The notes under the pieces: model-generated
Seen by the model: only the letters and a program-made list of their open reading frames with translations
The model's database searches: none
Told to the model about the DNA's origin: nothing
Program-made: the position numbers and the translations under genes
Shown here: positions 17,631 to 28,102 of the stretch, piece by piece
Layout of the letters: each line of letters begins with the position of its first letter
Numbering within the stretch: position 1 is the first letter of the stretch
Source: an uncultured Actinomycetota bacterium
Lineage (GTDB): Bacteria > Actinomycetota > Actinomycetes > Actinomycetales > CAWJMD01
Direction of reading: 5' to 3'
Length of the DNA stretch: 64,000 bases
Assembly: GCA_963843835.1 (NCBI GenBank)
Contig: CAWJMD010000008.1
Span: 388,043-452,042, forward strand

Positions 17631-18814
17631 GACGAGCTCCCGGCGGGGTGGAGCCGCAGCAGGGGCTGGCCGGGGGAGACGGGGTCGCCCTCCTCCACCA
17701 GCCACTCCACGACCGTGCCGCCGTGCTGGGCGCGCACGTCGTGCCCGTCGCGCAGGCCCTCGACGCGGGCTACCACGCTGCCTGCCACGACGTCGTCGCC
17801 GGCGCCGGCGGCGGTCAGGAGCCGGACGGCACCCTTGGCGGGCGCCACGACCAGACGCCACGTCGGCGAGCTCTGCAGAGGACTGCCGACGCCGTGGCGC
17901 TCGACCATGTCGCGCGCCGTGTCGAGGTCGGCCGGCGTCTTGAGCGCGAGCGTCTCGACCCCGGGCAGCGCCCGCTTGGCGAGGTTGGTCAGCGTTCCGG
18001 CCGGCGGGATCTCGATCAGGCCGGTCACGCCGAGCTCGGCGAAGGTCTGCATGCAGAGGTCCCAACGCACCGGGTTGCTCACCTGGGTGACGAGGCGCTT
18101 GAGGACGTCGCGACCGTCGTGGACGACGGTGCCGTCGGCGTTGGACAGCAGCAGGGCCCGCGGGTCGTGGGTCGACATCGCCCGCGCGTGGCGGCCGAGC
18201 ACGTCGACGGCCGGCGACATGTGCCGGGTGTGGAAGGCGCCGGCGACCTGGAGCGGGATGACGCGGGCCTTGGCCGGCGGCTCGTCCGCCAGCGCGGCCA
18301 GCTCGTCCATGGTGCCGGCGGCGACGACCTGGCCGGCCCCGTTGACGTTGGCCGGGGTGAGTCCGTGCTTGTCGAGGGCCGCGAGCACCTCGTCCGGGTC
18401 GCCGCCCACGACGGCGCTCATGCCGGTCGGCGTGACCGCGCTGGCCCCGGCCATCGCCCGTCCGCGCTCGCGCACGAAGACCATGGCCTGCTCGGCGCTG
18501 ATCACGCCGGCCGCCGACGCGGCCGTGATCTCACCGACGCTGTGACCGGCTCCGCCCGCGATCACCGCGAAGGCGTCGGCGGGGTGGGGGAACAGGGCGA
18601 GGAGCGACACGAGGCCGGCGCCCACGATGAGGGGCTGCGCCACGGCGGTGTCGCGGATGGTGTCGGCGTCGGAGGTGGTGCCGTGCGCGACGAGGTCGAG
18701 ACCGGCGACGGTCCCGAGCCAGTCGAGACGCTCACGGAAGCCCGGTACCTCCAGCCACGGGGAGAGGAAGCCGGGGCTCTGGGACCCCTGGCCGGGGCAG
18801 ACGATGACGAGCAC
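17627..18814 (-). CDS. fabD: malonyl-CoA:ACP transacylase with ~85-aa C-terminal biotinyl/lipoyl-like domain
   Basis: GTG 18814 preceded by GGAAGGTGGAG. FabD motifs CPGQGSQ, GHSVGE and the AGAFHT region. An extra C-terminus follows: WRLVVAPAKGAVRLL...VVARVEGLRDGHDVRAQHGGTVVEWLVEEGDPVSPGQPLLRLHP. Confidence 0.85.
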   Translation of the reverse strand: MLVIVCPGQGSQSPGFLSPWLEVPGFRERLDWLGTVAGLDLVAHGTTSDADTIRDTAVAQPLIVGAGLVSLLALFPHPADAFAVIAGGAGHSVGEITAASAAGVISAEQAMVFVRERGRAMAGASAVTPTGMSAVVGGDPDEVLAALDKHGLTPANVNGAGQVVAAGTMDELAALADEPPAKARVIPLQVAGAFHTRHMSPAVDVLGRHARAMSTHDPRALLLSNADGTVVHDGRDVLKRLVTQVSNPVRWDLCMQTFAELGVTGLIEIPPAGTLTNLAKRALPGVETLALKTPADLDTARDMVERHGVGSPLQSSPTWRLVVAPAKGAVRLLTAAGAGDDVVAGSVVARVEGLRDGHDVRAQHGGTVVEWLVEEGDPVSPGQPLLRLHPAGSSS

Positions 18815-18891
18815 GTCTCCACCTTCCCCTGCGAGGTGGGCGCGATCGGGCTCCGAACCGGACAAGGATCTCTCGGAAACTTGGAGGGTTC

Positions 18892-20115
18892 CTACAAGAC
18901 GGTGCGTGGGCCGGCCAGCAACCCGATGGCCAGGGCGACCTGGAGGACGTAGCCGTCGCGCGGGCGGGTCGCGTCCCACCCGGTGACCTCGGCGACCCGG
19001 CGCAGCCGGTAGCGGACCGTGTTCGGGTGCACGAAGAGCGTGCGCGCGGTGCCCTCGAGCGAGCGGCCCCCTTCGAGGTAGGCCGCCACGGTCTCCGCCA
19101 GCACCGGGCCGGCGGCCTGCAGCGGGTGGTACACGCGGTCCAGCAGGGCGCGCCGGGCCGACACGTCGCCGGAGAGCACGCGCTCGGGCAGCAGGTCGTC
19201 CGCGTCGACCGGGCGGGGTGCGGACGGCCAGGCCCGGGCCGCGACGAGCCCGGCGAGCGCCACCCGCGCCGAGTGGCCGGCACCGGGAAGGTCGGTGACC
19301 GTCGGCCCGACCACGACGGGACCCGGCCCGAAGCGGGGGGCGAGGTTGGTGGCTGCGGCCGCCGGGTCCGAGCTGGTCCCGAGCACGACCACGACGCGGT
19401 CGCCCTGCACGCCGACGAGCGCGTCGTCCGCCGCCGTCCGTGCCGCGCGGCGCAGGTCGTCGACCACCTGCTCGGGCGGTCCTGGACGGTTGGCGCCCAC
19501 CACGACGGTGACCGCTGCGTGCTCGTGCCACCCGAGCGCGGCGACGCGCGACTGCAGCGCGTCGTCCGTGTCGCCCCTCAGCAGGGCGTCCACGACGAGG
19601 GCCTCGAGCCGGGCGTCCCAGGCGCCGCGCGTCTCGGCCGCCTGCGCGTAGACCTCGGCCGCCGCGAACGCGACCTCCCGCGAGTACCGCAGCACCGCCT
19701 CCTTCACGGCGGCGAGCTGGCGGGGGTCGTCCGGGTCGTCGGTGAGCGCTTCGACATGGTCCTCGACGACGTCGACGACGGCCCGCACCAGCTCGAGGGT
19801 CTGACGCAGGCTGATCGACCGGGTGAGCTCGCGGGGCGCCGTCCCGAACACGTCGGCCGTGATCGTCAGCGGCCCGGAAGGCTCGGCGAACCACGTGGTG
19901 AAGGCGCGGATGCCCGCCTGCGCGACGAGCCCGACCCACGACCTGTCCTCGGGCTCCATCGCCCGGTACCAGGGCAGCGTCTCGTCGAGCCGGCGCAGCG
20001 CGGCCGTCGACAGTCCGGCGACGGCGCGGCGCTGGCGCGTCGACGTGCCGGACGGCCTGACGGCCCTCGACGCGCGGACGCGCCCCGTCCGCGTCCCCGC
20101 GTCCGCCCTCGACAT
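18892..20115 (-). CDS. PucR-family transcriptional regulator (fab-operon-associated type)
   Basis: 407 aa. C-terminal PucR HTH (LFVHPNTVRYRLRRVAEVTGWD). Located between aceE and fabD, as in other actinobacteria. Confidence 0.8.
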   Translation of the reverse strand: MSRADAGTRTGRVRASRAVRPSGTSTRQRRAVAGLSTAALRRLDETLPWYRAMEPEDRSWVGLVAQAGIRAFTTWFAEPSGPLTITADVFGTAPRELTRSISLRQTLELVRAVVDVVEDHVEALTDDPDDPRQLAAVKEAVLRYSREVAFAAAEVYAQAAETRGAWDARLEALVVDALLRGDTDDALQSRVAALGWHEHAAVTVVVGANRPGPPEQVVDDLRRAARTAADDALVGVQGDRVVVVLGTSSDPAAAATNLAPRFGPGPVVVGPTVTDLPGAGHSARVALAGLVAARAWPSAPRPVDADDLLPERVLSGDVSARRALLDRVYHPLQAAGPVLAETVAAYLEGGRSLEGTARTLFVHPNTVRYRLRRVAEVTGWDATRPRDGYVLQVALAIGLLAGPRTVL

Positions 20116-20198
20116 GGGCTCAGGATAGGGCGCCGTGTTGCGGAATCACACAATCGGCACGACGGCCCCCGATACTCAGGGGGGCGGGGGGTGGTGGG

Positions 20199-23000
20199 TC
20201 AGGCATCCCCGCCGGCGGTGCCGGAGGAGCCCGCGGTGATGTCGTTCAGCTTGTACAGCTCGTAGGCCATCGACGGGGCCAGCCGGTCGACCTGGCCGCG
20301 CAGTGCGAGCATGCGCAGCGCCTGGTAGGCCACCGACGGGCCGTCGATGTGGAAGTAGCGGCGCACGGCCGCGCGGGTGTCGGACAGCCCGAACCCGTCG
20401 GCGCCCAGGGACCGGAACTCGTTCGGCACGAACTGGCGCACCTGGTCCGGTACGGCCCGCATGTAGTCGCTGACCGCCACCACCGGGCCCTCGCGACCCT
20501 CGAGCTGGCGGGCCAGGAACGGCACCGGCGTCTCCTCGCCGGGCCGGTCGAACGCCCACGCGTCGCAGGACATGCCGTCGCGGCGCAGCTCGCTCCACGA
20601 CGTCACGCTCCACACGTCCGCCGCCACGCCGAAGTCCTTGGCGAGCAGCTCCTGCGCCTCGAGCGCCCACGCCACCCCGACGCCCGACGCCATCAGCTGA
20701 GCACGTCGCCCGACCGCGTTGTGCTCGCCGTTGGCGGCGACCTCGTCGTCCGCGGCGCGCAGCAGGTAGGCGCCACGCAGCAGCCCCTCGACGTCGAGCC
20801 CCTCGGGCTCGGCCGGCTGCACGGCCGGCTCGTTGTAGACCGTGAGGTAGTACATGACGTCGCGGTCCCGCTGTCCGTGCTGACCGTCGGCGAGGGGGTC
20901 GGGCCCCTCACCGAACATGCGCTGCAGCCCGTCGCGGACGATGTGACCCAGCTCGTACCCGAAGGCGGGGTCGTACGAGACGACCGCCGGGTTCGTGGAC
21001 GCGAGCAGCGGCGAGTGGCCGTCCGCGTGCTGCAGACCCTCACCGGTCAGGGTCGTGCGGCCGGCCGTGGCGCCGATCATGAACCCGCGGGTCATCTGGT
21101 CGCCGGCCGCCCAGATGCCGTCGCCGGTGCGCTGGAACCCGAACATCGAGTAGAAGACGTAGACCGGGATCATCGGCTCGCCGTGCGTGGCGTACGACGT
21201 GCCCGCCGCGGTCATCGCCGCGATCGCGCCCGCCTCGTTGATGCCGACGTGCAGGATCTGGCCCTGGGCCGACTCCTTGTACGCGAGCATCAGCTCGCGG
21301 TCCACGGACGTGTAGTTCTGGCCGTGCGGGTTGTAGATCTTGATCGTCGGGAAGAACGAGTCCATCCCGAACGTGCGCGCCTCGTCAGGGATGATCGGCA
21401 CGACGCGCGGCCCGAACTCCTTGTCGCGCATCAGGTCCTTGAGCAGCCGGACGAACGCCATCGTGGTGGCGATCTGCTGCTTGCCCGAGCCCTTCTTCGA
21501 GCCGGCGTAGGCCTCGTCACCCGGCAGCTTCACGGCCGTGGTCGGTACGCGGCGCTGCGGCAGGTGCCCCCCGAGCGCGCGGCGGCGCTCCTGCAGGTAC
21601 TGGATCTCGGGGCTGTCCGGGCCGGGGGTGTAGTACGGCGGCAGGTACGGGTCGGCCTCGAGCTGCTCGTCGGTGACCGGGATGCGCAGGCCGTCGCGGA
21701 ACGTCTTGAGGTCGTCCAGCGTCAGCTTCTTCATCTGGTGGGTCGCGTTGCGCCCGGCGAAGTTGGCACCCAGGCCGTAGCCCTTGATGGTCTTGGCGAG
21801 GATGACCGTCGGCTGCCCGGTGTGCTCCGTCGCGGCCGCGTAGGCGGCGAACACCTTGCGGTAGTCGTGCCCGCCGCGCTTGAGGGACCAGATCTGGTCG
21901 TCCGTCATGTCCTGGACCATCGAGCGCGTCCGAGGGTCGCGCCCGAAGAAGTGCTCGCGGATGAACGCGCCGTTCTCGGCGCGGTAGGTCTGGTAGTCGC
22001 CGTCCGGGGTCGAGTTCATCAGGTGGACGAGCGCCCCGTGCGAGTCCTTGGCCAGCAACGTGTCCCACTCGCGGCCCCACACGACCTTGATGACGTTCCA
22101 GCCGGCGCCACGGAAGTAGGACTCGAGCTCCTGGATGATCTTGCCGTTGCCGCGCACCGGGCCGTCGAGGCGCTGGAGGTTGCAGTTGATGACGAACGTC
22201 AGGTTGTCGAGCTCCTCGTTCGCCGCGACCTGGAGGAGGCCACGGCTCTCCGGCTCGTCCATCTCGCCGTCGCCGAGGAACGCCCACACCCGCTGGCCGG
22301 ACGTGTCCTTGATCCCGCGGTTCTGCAGGTACTTGTTGAACTGCGCCTGGTAGATGGCGTTCATCGGGCCGAGGCCCATCGACACGGTGGGGAACTGCCA
22401 GAAGTCGGGGGCCAGCCGAGGGTGCGGGTAGGACGGCAGGCCGCCGCCCGGGTGCGACAGCTCCTGCCGGAACCCGTCGAGCTGCTGCTCGGACAGCCGC
22501 CCCTCGAGGTAGGCCCGCGCGTACACGCCGGGGGATGCGTGCCCCTGGATGTAGACCTGGTCGCCGCCGCCCGGGTCGTCCGGACCGCGGAAGAAGTGGT
22601 TGAAGCCCACTTCGTAGAGCGTGGACGACGAGGCGTACGAGGAGATGTGGCCACCGACGGAGATCCCGGGCCGCTGTGCCCGGTGCACGACCATCGCCGA
22701 GTTCCAGCGCAGCAGCGCACGGTAGCGACGCTCCACGTCCTCGTCACCGGGGAACCAGGGCTCGCGCTCGGGCGGGATCGTGTTGACGTAGTCGGTGGCC
22801 GTGAGTGAGGGGACGCCGACACCCAGCTGGCGCGACCGCTGCAGCAGCTCGAGCATCAGGTACCGGGCGCGGCGGCGCCCGGCGGTCTCGGCGACACCGT
22901 CGAGCGACTCGATCCACTCCGAGGTCTCTTCCGGGTCGATGTCCGGCATGTTCGTCGGCAGCCCGTTGAGGATGGGTCCGGCTTCGTCGCGTCCAGCCAC
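20199..23000 (-). CDS. aceE: pyruvate dehydrogenase E1 component (homodimeric type)
   Basis: Intact 933-aa ORF. N-terminus [16 protein letters not shown] and the ThDP-binding region [10 protein letters not shown] are typical of AceE. Confidence 0.95.
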   Translation of the reverse strand: MAGRDEAGPILNGLPTNMPDIDPEETSEWIESLDGVAETAGRRRARYLMLELLQRSRQLGVGVPSLTATDYVNTIPPEREPWFPGDEDVERRYRALLRWNSAMVVHRAQRPGISVGGHISSYASSSTLYEVGFNHFFRGPDDPGGGDQVYIQGHASPGVYARAYLEGRLSEQQLDGFRQELSHPGGGLPSYPHPRLAPDFWQFPTVSMGLGPMNAIYQAQFNKYLQNRGIKDTSGQRVWAFLGDGEMDEPESRGLLQVAANEELDNLTFVINCNLQRLDGPVRGNGKIIQELESYFRGAGWNVIKVVWGREWDTLLAKDSHGALVHLMNSTPDGDYQTYRAENGAFIREHFFGRDPRTRSMVQDMTDDQIWSLKRGGHDYRKVFAAYAAATEHTGQPTVILAKTIKGYGLGANFAGRNATHQMKKLTLDDLKTFRDGLRIPVTDEQLEADPYLPPYYTPGPDSPEIQYLQERRRALGGHLPQRRVPTTAVKLPGDEAYAGSKKGSGKQQIATTMAFVRLLKDLMRDKEFGPRVVPIIPDEARTFGMDSFFPTIKIYNPHGQNYTSVDRELMLAYKESAQGQILHVGINEAGAIAAMTAAGTSYATHGEPMIPVYVFYSMFGFQRTGDGIWAAGDQMTRGFMIGATAGRTTLTGEGLQHADGHSPLLASTNPAVVSYDPAFGYELGHIVRDGLQRMFGEGPDPLADGQHGQRDRDVMYYLTVYNEPAVQPAEPEGLDVEGLLRGAYLLRAADDEVAANGEHNAVGRRAQLMASGVGVAWALEAQELLAKDFGVAADVWSVTSWSELRRDGMSCDAWAFDRPGEETPVPFLARQLEGREGPVVAVSDYMRAVPDQVRQFVPNEFRSLGADGFGLSDTRAAVRRYFHIDGPSVAYQALRMLALRGQVDRLAPSMAYELYKLNDITAGSSGTAGGDA

Positions 23001-23125
23001 GTCAGGTGTTCCTTCCCTCAGCGCCCTTCACCGACCCGGCCGGGCGAGGGCTAGAGACCATCCTGTCCCTCACCCGGGCCGGCGTCACATCCGGGTGGGC
23101 GCTACCCGGGCGTAGGGTCCGTGCC

Positions 23126-23593
23126 GTGCTGGAGCCGATCGCCCGTGAGGCCGCTCGCGTCGTCCTCGTCGACCCCTCCGACAAAGTGCTGCTGTTCGAG
23201 GCCCACGTCCCCGAGGCACCCGTCGTGCGCCGGTGGTGGTTCACGCCGGGAGGTGGTCTCGACCCCGGCGAGGACGCCCGGTCGGGCGGCTGCCGCGAGG
23301 TGCTCGAGGAGACCGGTCTGCTGCTGGAGCCCGCACGGCTGGGCGAGGCCCGCTACGAGCAGACGATCGACTTCCCCTTCGAGGGACGCACGTACCGCCA
23401 GCACGAGGTCTTCTTCGTCGTGCGCGTGGACGCGTTCGAGGTGGACGTCTCGCGCTGGACCGCGGTCGAGCGTCGCGACATCGTCGGCCACCGGTGGTGG
23501 CCCCTGGACGAGCTTCCGCACGCCGAGGTGCCGGTCTACCCGGAGACGCTCACCTCGCTGGTGGAGAAGGCGATCCGCTCGGGGTGGGCGTAG
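23126..23593 (+). CDS. NUDIX hydrolase
   Basis: Nudix box GGGLDPGEDARSGGCREVLEETGL. The start is uncertain: the ORF opens at 23006, and GTG 23126 was chosen. Confidence 0.75.
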   Translation: MLEPIAREAARVVLVDPSDKVLLFEAHVPEAPVVRRWWFTPGGGLDPGEDARSGGCREVLEETGLLLEPARLGEARYEQTIDFPFEGRTYRQHEVFFVVRVDAFEVDVSRWTAVERRDIVGHRWWPLDELPHAEVPVYPETLTSLVEKAIRSGWA

Positions 23594-24408
23594 CCGTTCA
23601 TCGTCCGCCCTCGCACGAACCCGACGAGGGTCATCCCCGCCTCGGTCGCCAGCTCGACCGCCAGAGAGGAGGGGGCAGAGACGGCCGCGAGCACCGGGAC
23701 ACCTGCAGCCCAGGCCTTCTGGGCCAGCTCGAAGGACGCGCGACCGCTCACGACGAGGACGGTGCCCCTCAGCGGCCAACCCTGCTCGCGGGCGGCCCAC
23801 CCCAGCACCTTGTCGACCGCGTTGTGGCGGCCCACGTCCTCGCGCACGACCAGCAGCTCCGCCTCGCGGCCGCTGTCGACCACACGGAACAGTCCGGCCG
23901 CGTGCAGGCCTCCGGTGCGGTCGAAGACACGCTGCGCGTCACGCAGCCGCCCGGGCAACGACGCCAGCAGGGACGCGTCGACCGCGACCGGGTCCTGCGT
24001 CAGGTCGGCGCCGCCGCGTGCACGGACCGCGTCGATGCTGGCCGACCCGCACACCCCGCACGCCGAGGTCATGCCGAAGGTGCGACGTCCCTCGAGGTCG
24101 GGCGCCGTGACGCCGGGCGCGAGGGAGACCTCCATGACGTTGAAGGTGGGCCGGCCGTCCTCGCCGACGTCGGTGCAGTGCACGGCGGCGCGGACGTCGC
24201 CCACGGCGCCCAGCAGCCCCTCGGTCAGCAGGAAGCCCATCGCGAGGTCGAGGTCGTCGCCCGGCGTGCGCATCGTCACGACGACGGGATCGCCCCCGAC
24301 GCGGATCTCGAACGGCTCCTCGACCGCCAGCGCGTCGGGTCGGCGGAGGACACGACCGGTGTGCAGGTCCCAACGTGTGGTCGGCGCTCTCGTGCTCGCG
24401 GTGCCCAT
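23536..24408 (-). CDS. fdhD: formate dehydrogenase accessory sulfurtransferase FdhD
   Basis: Motifs SACGVCG and GRHNAVDKVLG; the C-terminus has SGRASFELAQKA. ATG 24408 chosen within ORF 23536..24507. Confidence 0.85.
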   Translation of the reverse strand: MGTASTRAPTTRWDLHTGRVLRRPDALAVEEPFEIRVGGDPVVVTMRTPGDDLDLAMGFLLTEGLLGAVGDVRAAVHCTDVGEDGRPTFNVMEVSLAPGVTAPDLEGRRTFGMTSACGVCGSASIDAVRARGGADLTQDPVAVDASLLASLPGRLRDAQRVFDRTGGLHAAGLFRVVDSGREAELLVVREDVGRHNAVDKVLGWAAREQGWPLRGTVLVVSGRASFELAQKAWAAGVPVLAAVSAPSSLAVELATEAGMTLVGFVRGRTMNGYAHPERIAFSTSEVSVSG

Positions 24409-24524
24409 CGCTCGATCGTACGTAGCCCGCGTCGCCGCGCGTGGTCTACCGTCGTGCCCACGCCCGGTCAGCCGGGTGACGGCGGGACGCAACAGGCGGC
24501 TGCCCATGGCGAAGGAGATCAGCA

Positions 24525-24956
24525 GTGGGGACGACCGCGGACGCCGCGGAGGAGTCGGGCCTGGGGGCTCGGCTGGGATTCCAGTCGGGGCAAGTCGTGC
24601 AGGAGTTCGGGTACGACGACGACGTCGACCACGAGCTGAGGGATGCCGTCGAGCTGGTCACCGGCAACGAGCTGGCCGACGAGGACGCCGACGAGGTCGT
24701 CGACGCGGTGCTGCTGTGGTGGCGCGAGGACGACGGCGACCTGGTTGACGCCCTGGTCGACGTGCTCGGTGCCCTCGTCGAGGGTGGGCCGATCTGGCTG
24801 CTCACGCCGAAGAGCGGGCGAGACGGCCACGTGGAGCCCTCCGACATCGAGGAGGCCGCGCCGACCGCCGGCCTGCACAACACCCGCACGACCAGCGTCG
24901 GGACCGACTGGAGTGGGACGCGGCTCGTCACCCCTCGTCCCGGCCGCAAGGGCTGA
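24525..24956 (+). CDS. DUF3052 domain-containing protein
   Basis: GFQSGQVVQEFGYDDDVD...VLLWWREDDGDL matches my memory of the DUF3052 family. GAAGGAG lies 7 nt upstream of GTG 24525. Confidence 0.75.
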   Translation: MGTTADAAEESGLGARLGFQSGQVVQEFGYDDDVDHELRDAVELVTGNELADEDADEVVDAVLLWWREDDGDLVDALVDVLGALVEGGPIWLLTPKSGRDGHVEPSDIEEAAPTAGLHNTRTTSVGTDWSGTRLVTPRPGRKG

Positions 24957-24961
24957 GCACG

Positions 24962-25450
24962 GTGGGGGACACGATGACCGATGCCGCCACGCGCCTGCCG
25001 GCGCTGGGCAGCGAGGCGCCGGACTTCACGCTCACGGACCAGTTCGGCGAGGACCTGTCCCTGTCCGACCTGCGCGGTGACCGCGCCACGCTCCTCGTCT
25101 TCTACCCCTTCGCCTTCTCGGGCCTGTGCACGAACGAGCTGTGCACCCTGCGCGACGACCTGTCGGTCTTCGCCGAGGCGGGCGTGCAGGTGGTCGCCGT
25201 CTCGTGCGACCCGATGTACACGCTGCGCGCCTTCGGTGAGCAGGAGGGCTACGACTTCCCGCTCCTGTCGGACTTCTGGCCGCACGGCGAGGTCGCGCGC
25301 CGCTACGGGGCGTTCGACGAGCGCGAGGGCAAGGCGATGCGCGCCTCGTTCCTGGTCGATCCGGCCGGCGTGCTGAGGTGGTCCGTCGTGAACCACCCGG
25401 GCGAGGCCCGCGAGATGGCGGCCTACCGCGAGGCCCTGGCCACCCTCTGA
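24962..25450 (+). CDS. peroxiredoxin (AhpE-like 1-Cys Prx)
   Basis: FYPFAFSGLCTNELC peroxidatic-Cys motif. An alternative start is ATG 24974. Confidence 0.85.
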   Translation: MGDTMTDAATRLPALGSEAPDFTLTDQFGEDLSLSDLRGDRATLLVFYPFAFSGLCTNELCTLRDDLSVFAEAGVQVVAVSCDPMYTLRAFGEQEGYDFPLLSDFWPHGEVARRYGAFDEREGKAMRASFLVDPAGVLRWSVVNHPGEAREMAAYREALATL

Positions 25451-25595
25451 CACCCCGGACGGGGGAACGGCGGAGCCGAACCGGAGGGCCCCTTCCCGTC
25501 CGAGCGGTCGTTGCGGTTTCATTGACCCCGGCTGCGGCCGTCGTCGACCCGAGACCTCGGCGGCCGCAGTCCTTCACCGGCTACCCTCGCGCCCG

Positions 25596-25668
25596 GGGCC
25601 TGTAGCTCAGTTGGTAGAGCACCGCGTTTACACCGCGGGCGTCGTCGGTTCGAGCCCGGCCGGGCCCA
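25596..25668 (+). tRNA. tRNA-Val (anticodon TAC)
   Basis: Folded by hand as a cloverleaf: acceptor GGGCCTG/CGGGCCC, D arm GCTC-AGTTGGTA-GAGC, anticodon stem CCGCG/CGCGG with loop TTTACAC, T arm GTCGG-TTCGAGC-CCGGC. CCA is not encoded. Confidence 0.9.
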
Positions 25669-25699
25669 CTCACCCCCTGCGCGTCGATAGGGTCGTCCG

Positions 25700-26872
25700 G
25701 TGGCAGCCGAGGATGTTCCGACGGTCGGCGAGGTCCTGACGCTCCTCGACTCCGCGTACCCCGAGCGCACCGCCCTCGGCTGGGACGCGGTCGGCCTGGT
25801 CTGCGGCCGCCGGGACGCCCCGGCCCGCCGCGTGCTGCTGGCCGTCGATCCCGTGTCCGCGGTCGTCGACGAGGCCGTCGAGACCGGTGCGGACCTCCTC
25901 GTCGTGCACCACCCGCTGCTGCTGCGCGGGGTGCACTCCCTCTCCGCGGACACCCCCAAGGGAGCGCTGCTGCACCGGCTGATCGAGGCCGGGTGCGCCC
26001 TGTACGTCGCCCACACGAACGCCGACGCCGCCCGTGACGGGGTCAACGAGGCGTTGGCGTCCGCGCTCGGGCTGGTCGACCTGAGACCGCTCGAGCCCGC
26101 GCCCTCCGCGGCCGGGGCCACGATGGTGACCTTCGTGCCCGCGGACGCCGTCGACGCCGTCGTCGACGCGGCCGCCGCCGCCGGCGCCGGGCGCCACGGG
26201 GAGTACGACCGCTGCGCTTTCACCTCCACCGGCTCGGGCACGTTCACCGGCTCGAACTCCGCCAGGCCAGCGGTCGGGTCCCCCGGGCGACGCGAGGTCG
26301 TCGACGAGGTGCGCGTCGAGATGGCCGTCCCGGCCGGCGCCGGTCCCCACGTCGTGCGGGCCGTCCGTGCGGCCCACCCGTACGAGGAGCCCGTCGTGCA
26401 CCTGCTGGTGACAACCGGCGGGCCAGCCGACGTGGGCATCGGCCGCGTGGGCCGACTGGCGTCGCCGATGACCCTGGAGGCCTTCGCCGGCCGCGTCGCC
26501 GAGGTCCTGCCCGCGACGGCCCAGGGCGTACGCGTCGCAGGCGACCTGCGAGCCGAGGTCTCCACCGTGGCGCTCTGCGGTGGCAGCGGTGACAGCCTGT
26601 TCGACGCGGTCCGCGCCAGCCGGGCCGACGTCTTCCTCACGGCCGACCTGCGTCACCACCCGGCGTCCGAGGCGCGCGAGGAGGCCGAGGTGGCGGGCCA
26701 GGGGCGCCCCTTCCTCATCGACGTGGCGCACTGGGCCAGCGAGTGGCCGTGGCTGAAGTCCTGCGCCCGCCTCGTCCGGACACTGGACGGGGTTACCGTG
26801 ACCGTCAGCGAGCGGTCCACCGACCCGTGGAACGTGAGCATCCCCAGCACCCCCAGCGTCCCCGCACCCTAG
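25700..26872 (+). CDS. Nif3-like dinuclear metal centre protein (with inserted PII-like domain)
   Basis: GWDAVGLVCG, LLVVHHPLL and AHTNADA motifs, plus a C-terminal DLRHH. Confidence 0.85.
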   Translation: MAAEDVPTVGEVLTLLDSAYPERTALGWDAVGLVCGRRDAPARRVLLAVDPVSAVVDEAVETGADLLVVHHPLLLRGVHSLSADTPKGALLHRLIEAGCALYVAHTNADAARDGVNEALASALGLVDLRPLEPAPSAAGATMVTFVPADAVDAVVDAAAAAGAGRHGEYDRCAFTSTGSGTFTGSNSARPAVGSPGRREVVDEVRVEMAVPAGAGPHVVRAVRAAHPYEEPVVHLLVTTGGPADVGIGRVGRLASPMTLEAFAGRVAEVLPATAQGVRVAGDLRAEVSTVALCGGSGDSLFDAVRASRADVFLTADLRHHPASEAREEAEVAGQGRPFLIDVAHWASEWPWLKSCARLVRTLDGVTVTVSERSTDPWNVSIPSTPSVPAP

Positions 26873-26900
26873 GCACCCCCAGCACCGGAGGCCCCCGCAC

Positions 26901-27644
26901 GTGACCACCGCGAACCCGCTCGACCAGGTCCGTCTGCTCGACGTGCAGGCGCTCGACACGCGCCTGCGCCAGCTCTCGCACAAGGGCACGTCCCTGCCTG
27001 AGCACGCGCGCCTCACCGCGCTGGAGGCCGAGGTGGCCGCCCTGCGGGACCGGGTCGTGGTGGCCCGGACGACTGTCAGCGACATCCAGCGCGAGCTGCG
27101 AAAGTCCGAGACCGACGTCGAGCAGGTGCGTTCGCGGGCCCAGCGCGACCAGTCCCGCCTCGACGCCGGCCAGGGCTCGGCGAAGGACCTGCAGGCGATC
27201 CAGCACGAGCTGGGTTCGCTGGCACGACGCCAGGCCGAGCTGGAGGACGTCGAGCTCGAGGTGATGGAACGGCTGGAGACGGCCCAGAACGAGGCGGAGG
27301 CGCTCGCCGAGCAGCTCGAGCGGCGCCAGGCCGAGGTCGCCGAGGTGACGGCCTCCCGCGACGCCACCCTGGCGGAGATCGGCGACGAGGCGGCCAAGGT
27401 CACGGCCGAACGTGACGGCGTCGCCGCAGGACTCGACCCTGCGCTGGTGGCCCTCTACGAGAAGATCCGCGCCGGTTCGGGCGGCGTCGCCGCCGCCGCG
27501 CTCAAGGCGAAGCGCTGCGAGGGCTGCCGGATGGAGCTCACGGCCAGCGACCTCGGGCGCATCCGGTCCGCCCCCGACGACGAGGTGCTGCGGTGTGACG
27601 AGTGCCGCTGCATCCTCGTGCGCACGTCGGAGTCGGGGCTGTGA
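26901..27644 (+). CDS. zinc-ribbon/coiled-coil protein (DUF164-type, C4 zinc ribbon)
   Basis: Long coiled-coil, then CEGCRMEL...LRCDECRCIL. It follows Nif3, as in many bacteria. Confidence 0.8.
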   Translation: MTTANPLDQVRLLDVQALDTRLRQLSHKGTSLPEHARLTALEAEVAALRDRVVVARTTVSDIQRELRKSETDVEQVRSRAQRDQSRLDAGQGSAKDLQAIQHELGSLARRQAELEDVELEVMERLETAQNEAEALAEQLERRQAEVAEVTASRDATLAEIGDEAAKVTAERDGVAAGLDPALVALYEKIRAGSGGVAAAALKAKRCEGCRMELTASDLGRIRSAPDDEVLRCDECRCILVRTSESGL

Positions 27645-28102
27645 GCGAGGTGGCGCGGCCCGCCGAGGGGTATGCGGGCGACCTGACCCCCGAGCAGGCG
27701 TGGACCGTCGTCTCGGGCGAGGACGAGGGCGTCCTCGTCGACGTCCGGACGGCCGCGGAGTGGACGTACGTCGGCGTACCCGACACCTCGTCGACCGGGC
27801 GACCGCTCGTGACCGTCCAGTGGCAGCGGTTCCCCGACGGTGCGCGGAACCCCGACTTCGTCGACGAGCTGCGCGTGGCGCTGGAGGCGATCGAGCCGGG
27901 TTCGGAGTCGATGCCCAGCCGGCCGCTCGTGTTCATCTGCCGGTCGGGTGGACGGTCGATCGCGGCGGCCAAGGAAGCGACCGCCGCCGGTCTCGGCCCG
28001 TCGTTCAACGTCCTCGCAGGCTTCGAGGGGGATCTCGACCCCGACGACCACCGCGGCGGGAGCGGGTGGCGGGCGGCGGGGCTGCCCTGGCGGCAGTCGT
28101 GA
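27641..28102 (+). CDS. rhodanese-like domain protein
   Basis: Active-site loop FICRSGGRS. GTG 27641 overlaps the upstream stop (GTGA). Confidence 0.8.
   Translation: MSEVARPAEGYAGDLTPEQAWTVVSGEDEGVLVDVRTAAEWTYVGVPDTSSTGRPLVTVQWQRFPDGARNPDFVDELRVALEAIEPGSESMPSRPLVFICRSGGRSIAAAKEATAAGLGPSFNVLAGFEGDLDPDDHRGGSGWRAAGLPWRQS

Noticed and set aside
23536-23593. The 58-nt convergent overlap of the NUDIX and fdhD 3' ends, as a possible antisense regulatory arrangement.
   Set aside because: It most likely reflects a non-conserved C-terminal extension of one ORF in stop-poor DNA. No structure or motif is associated with it.
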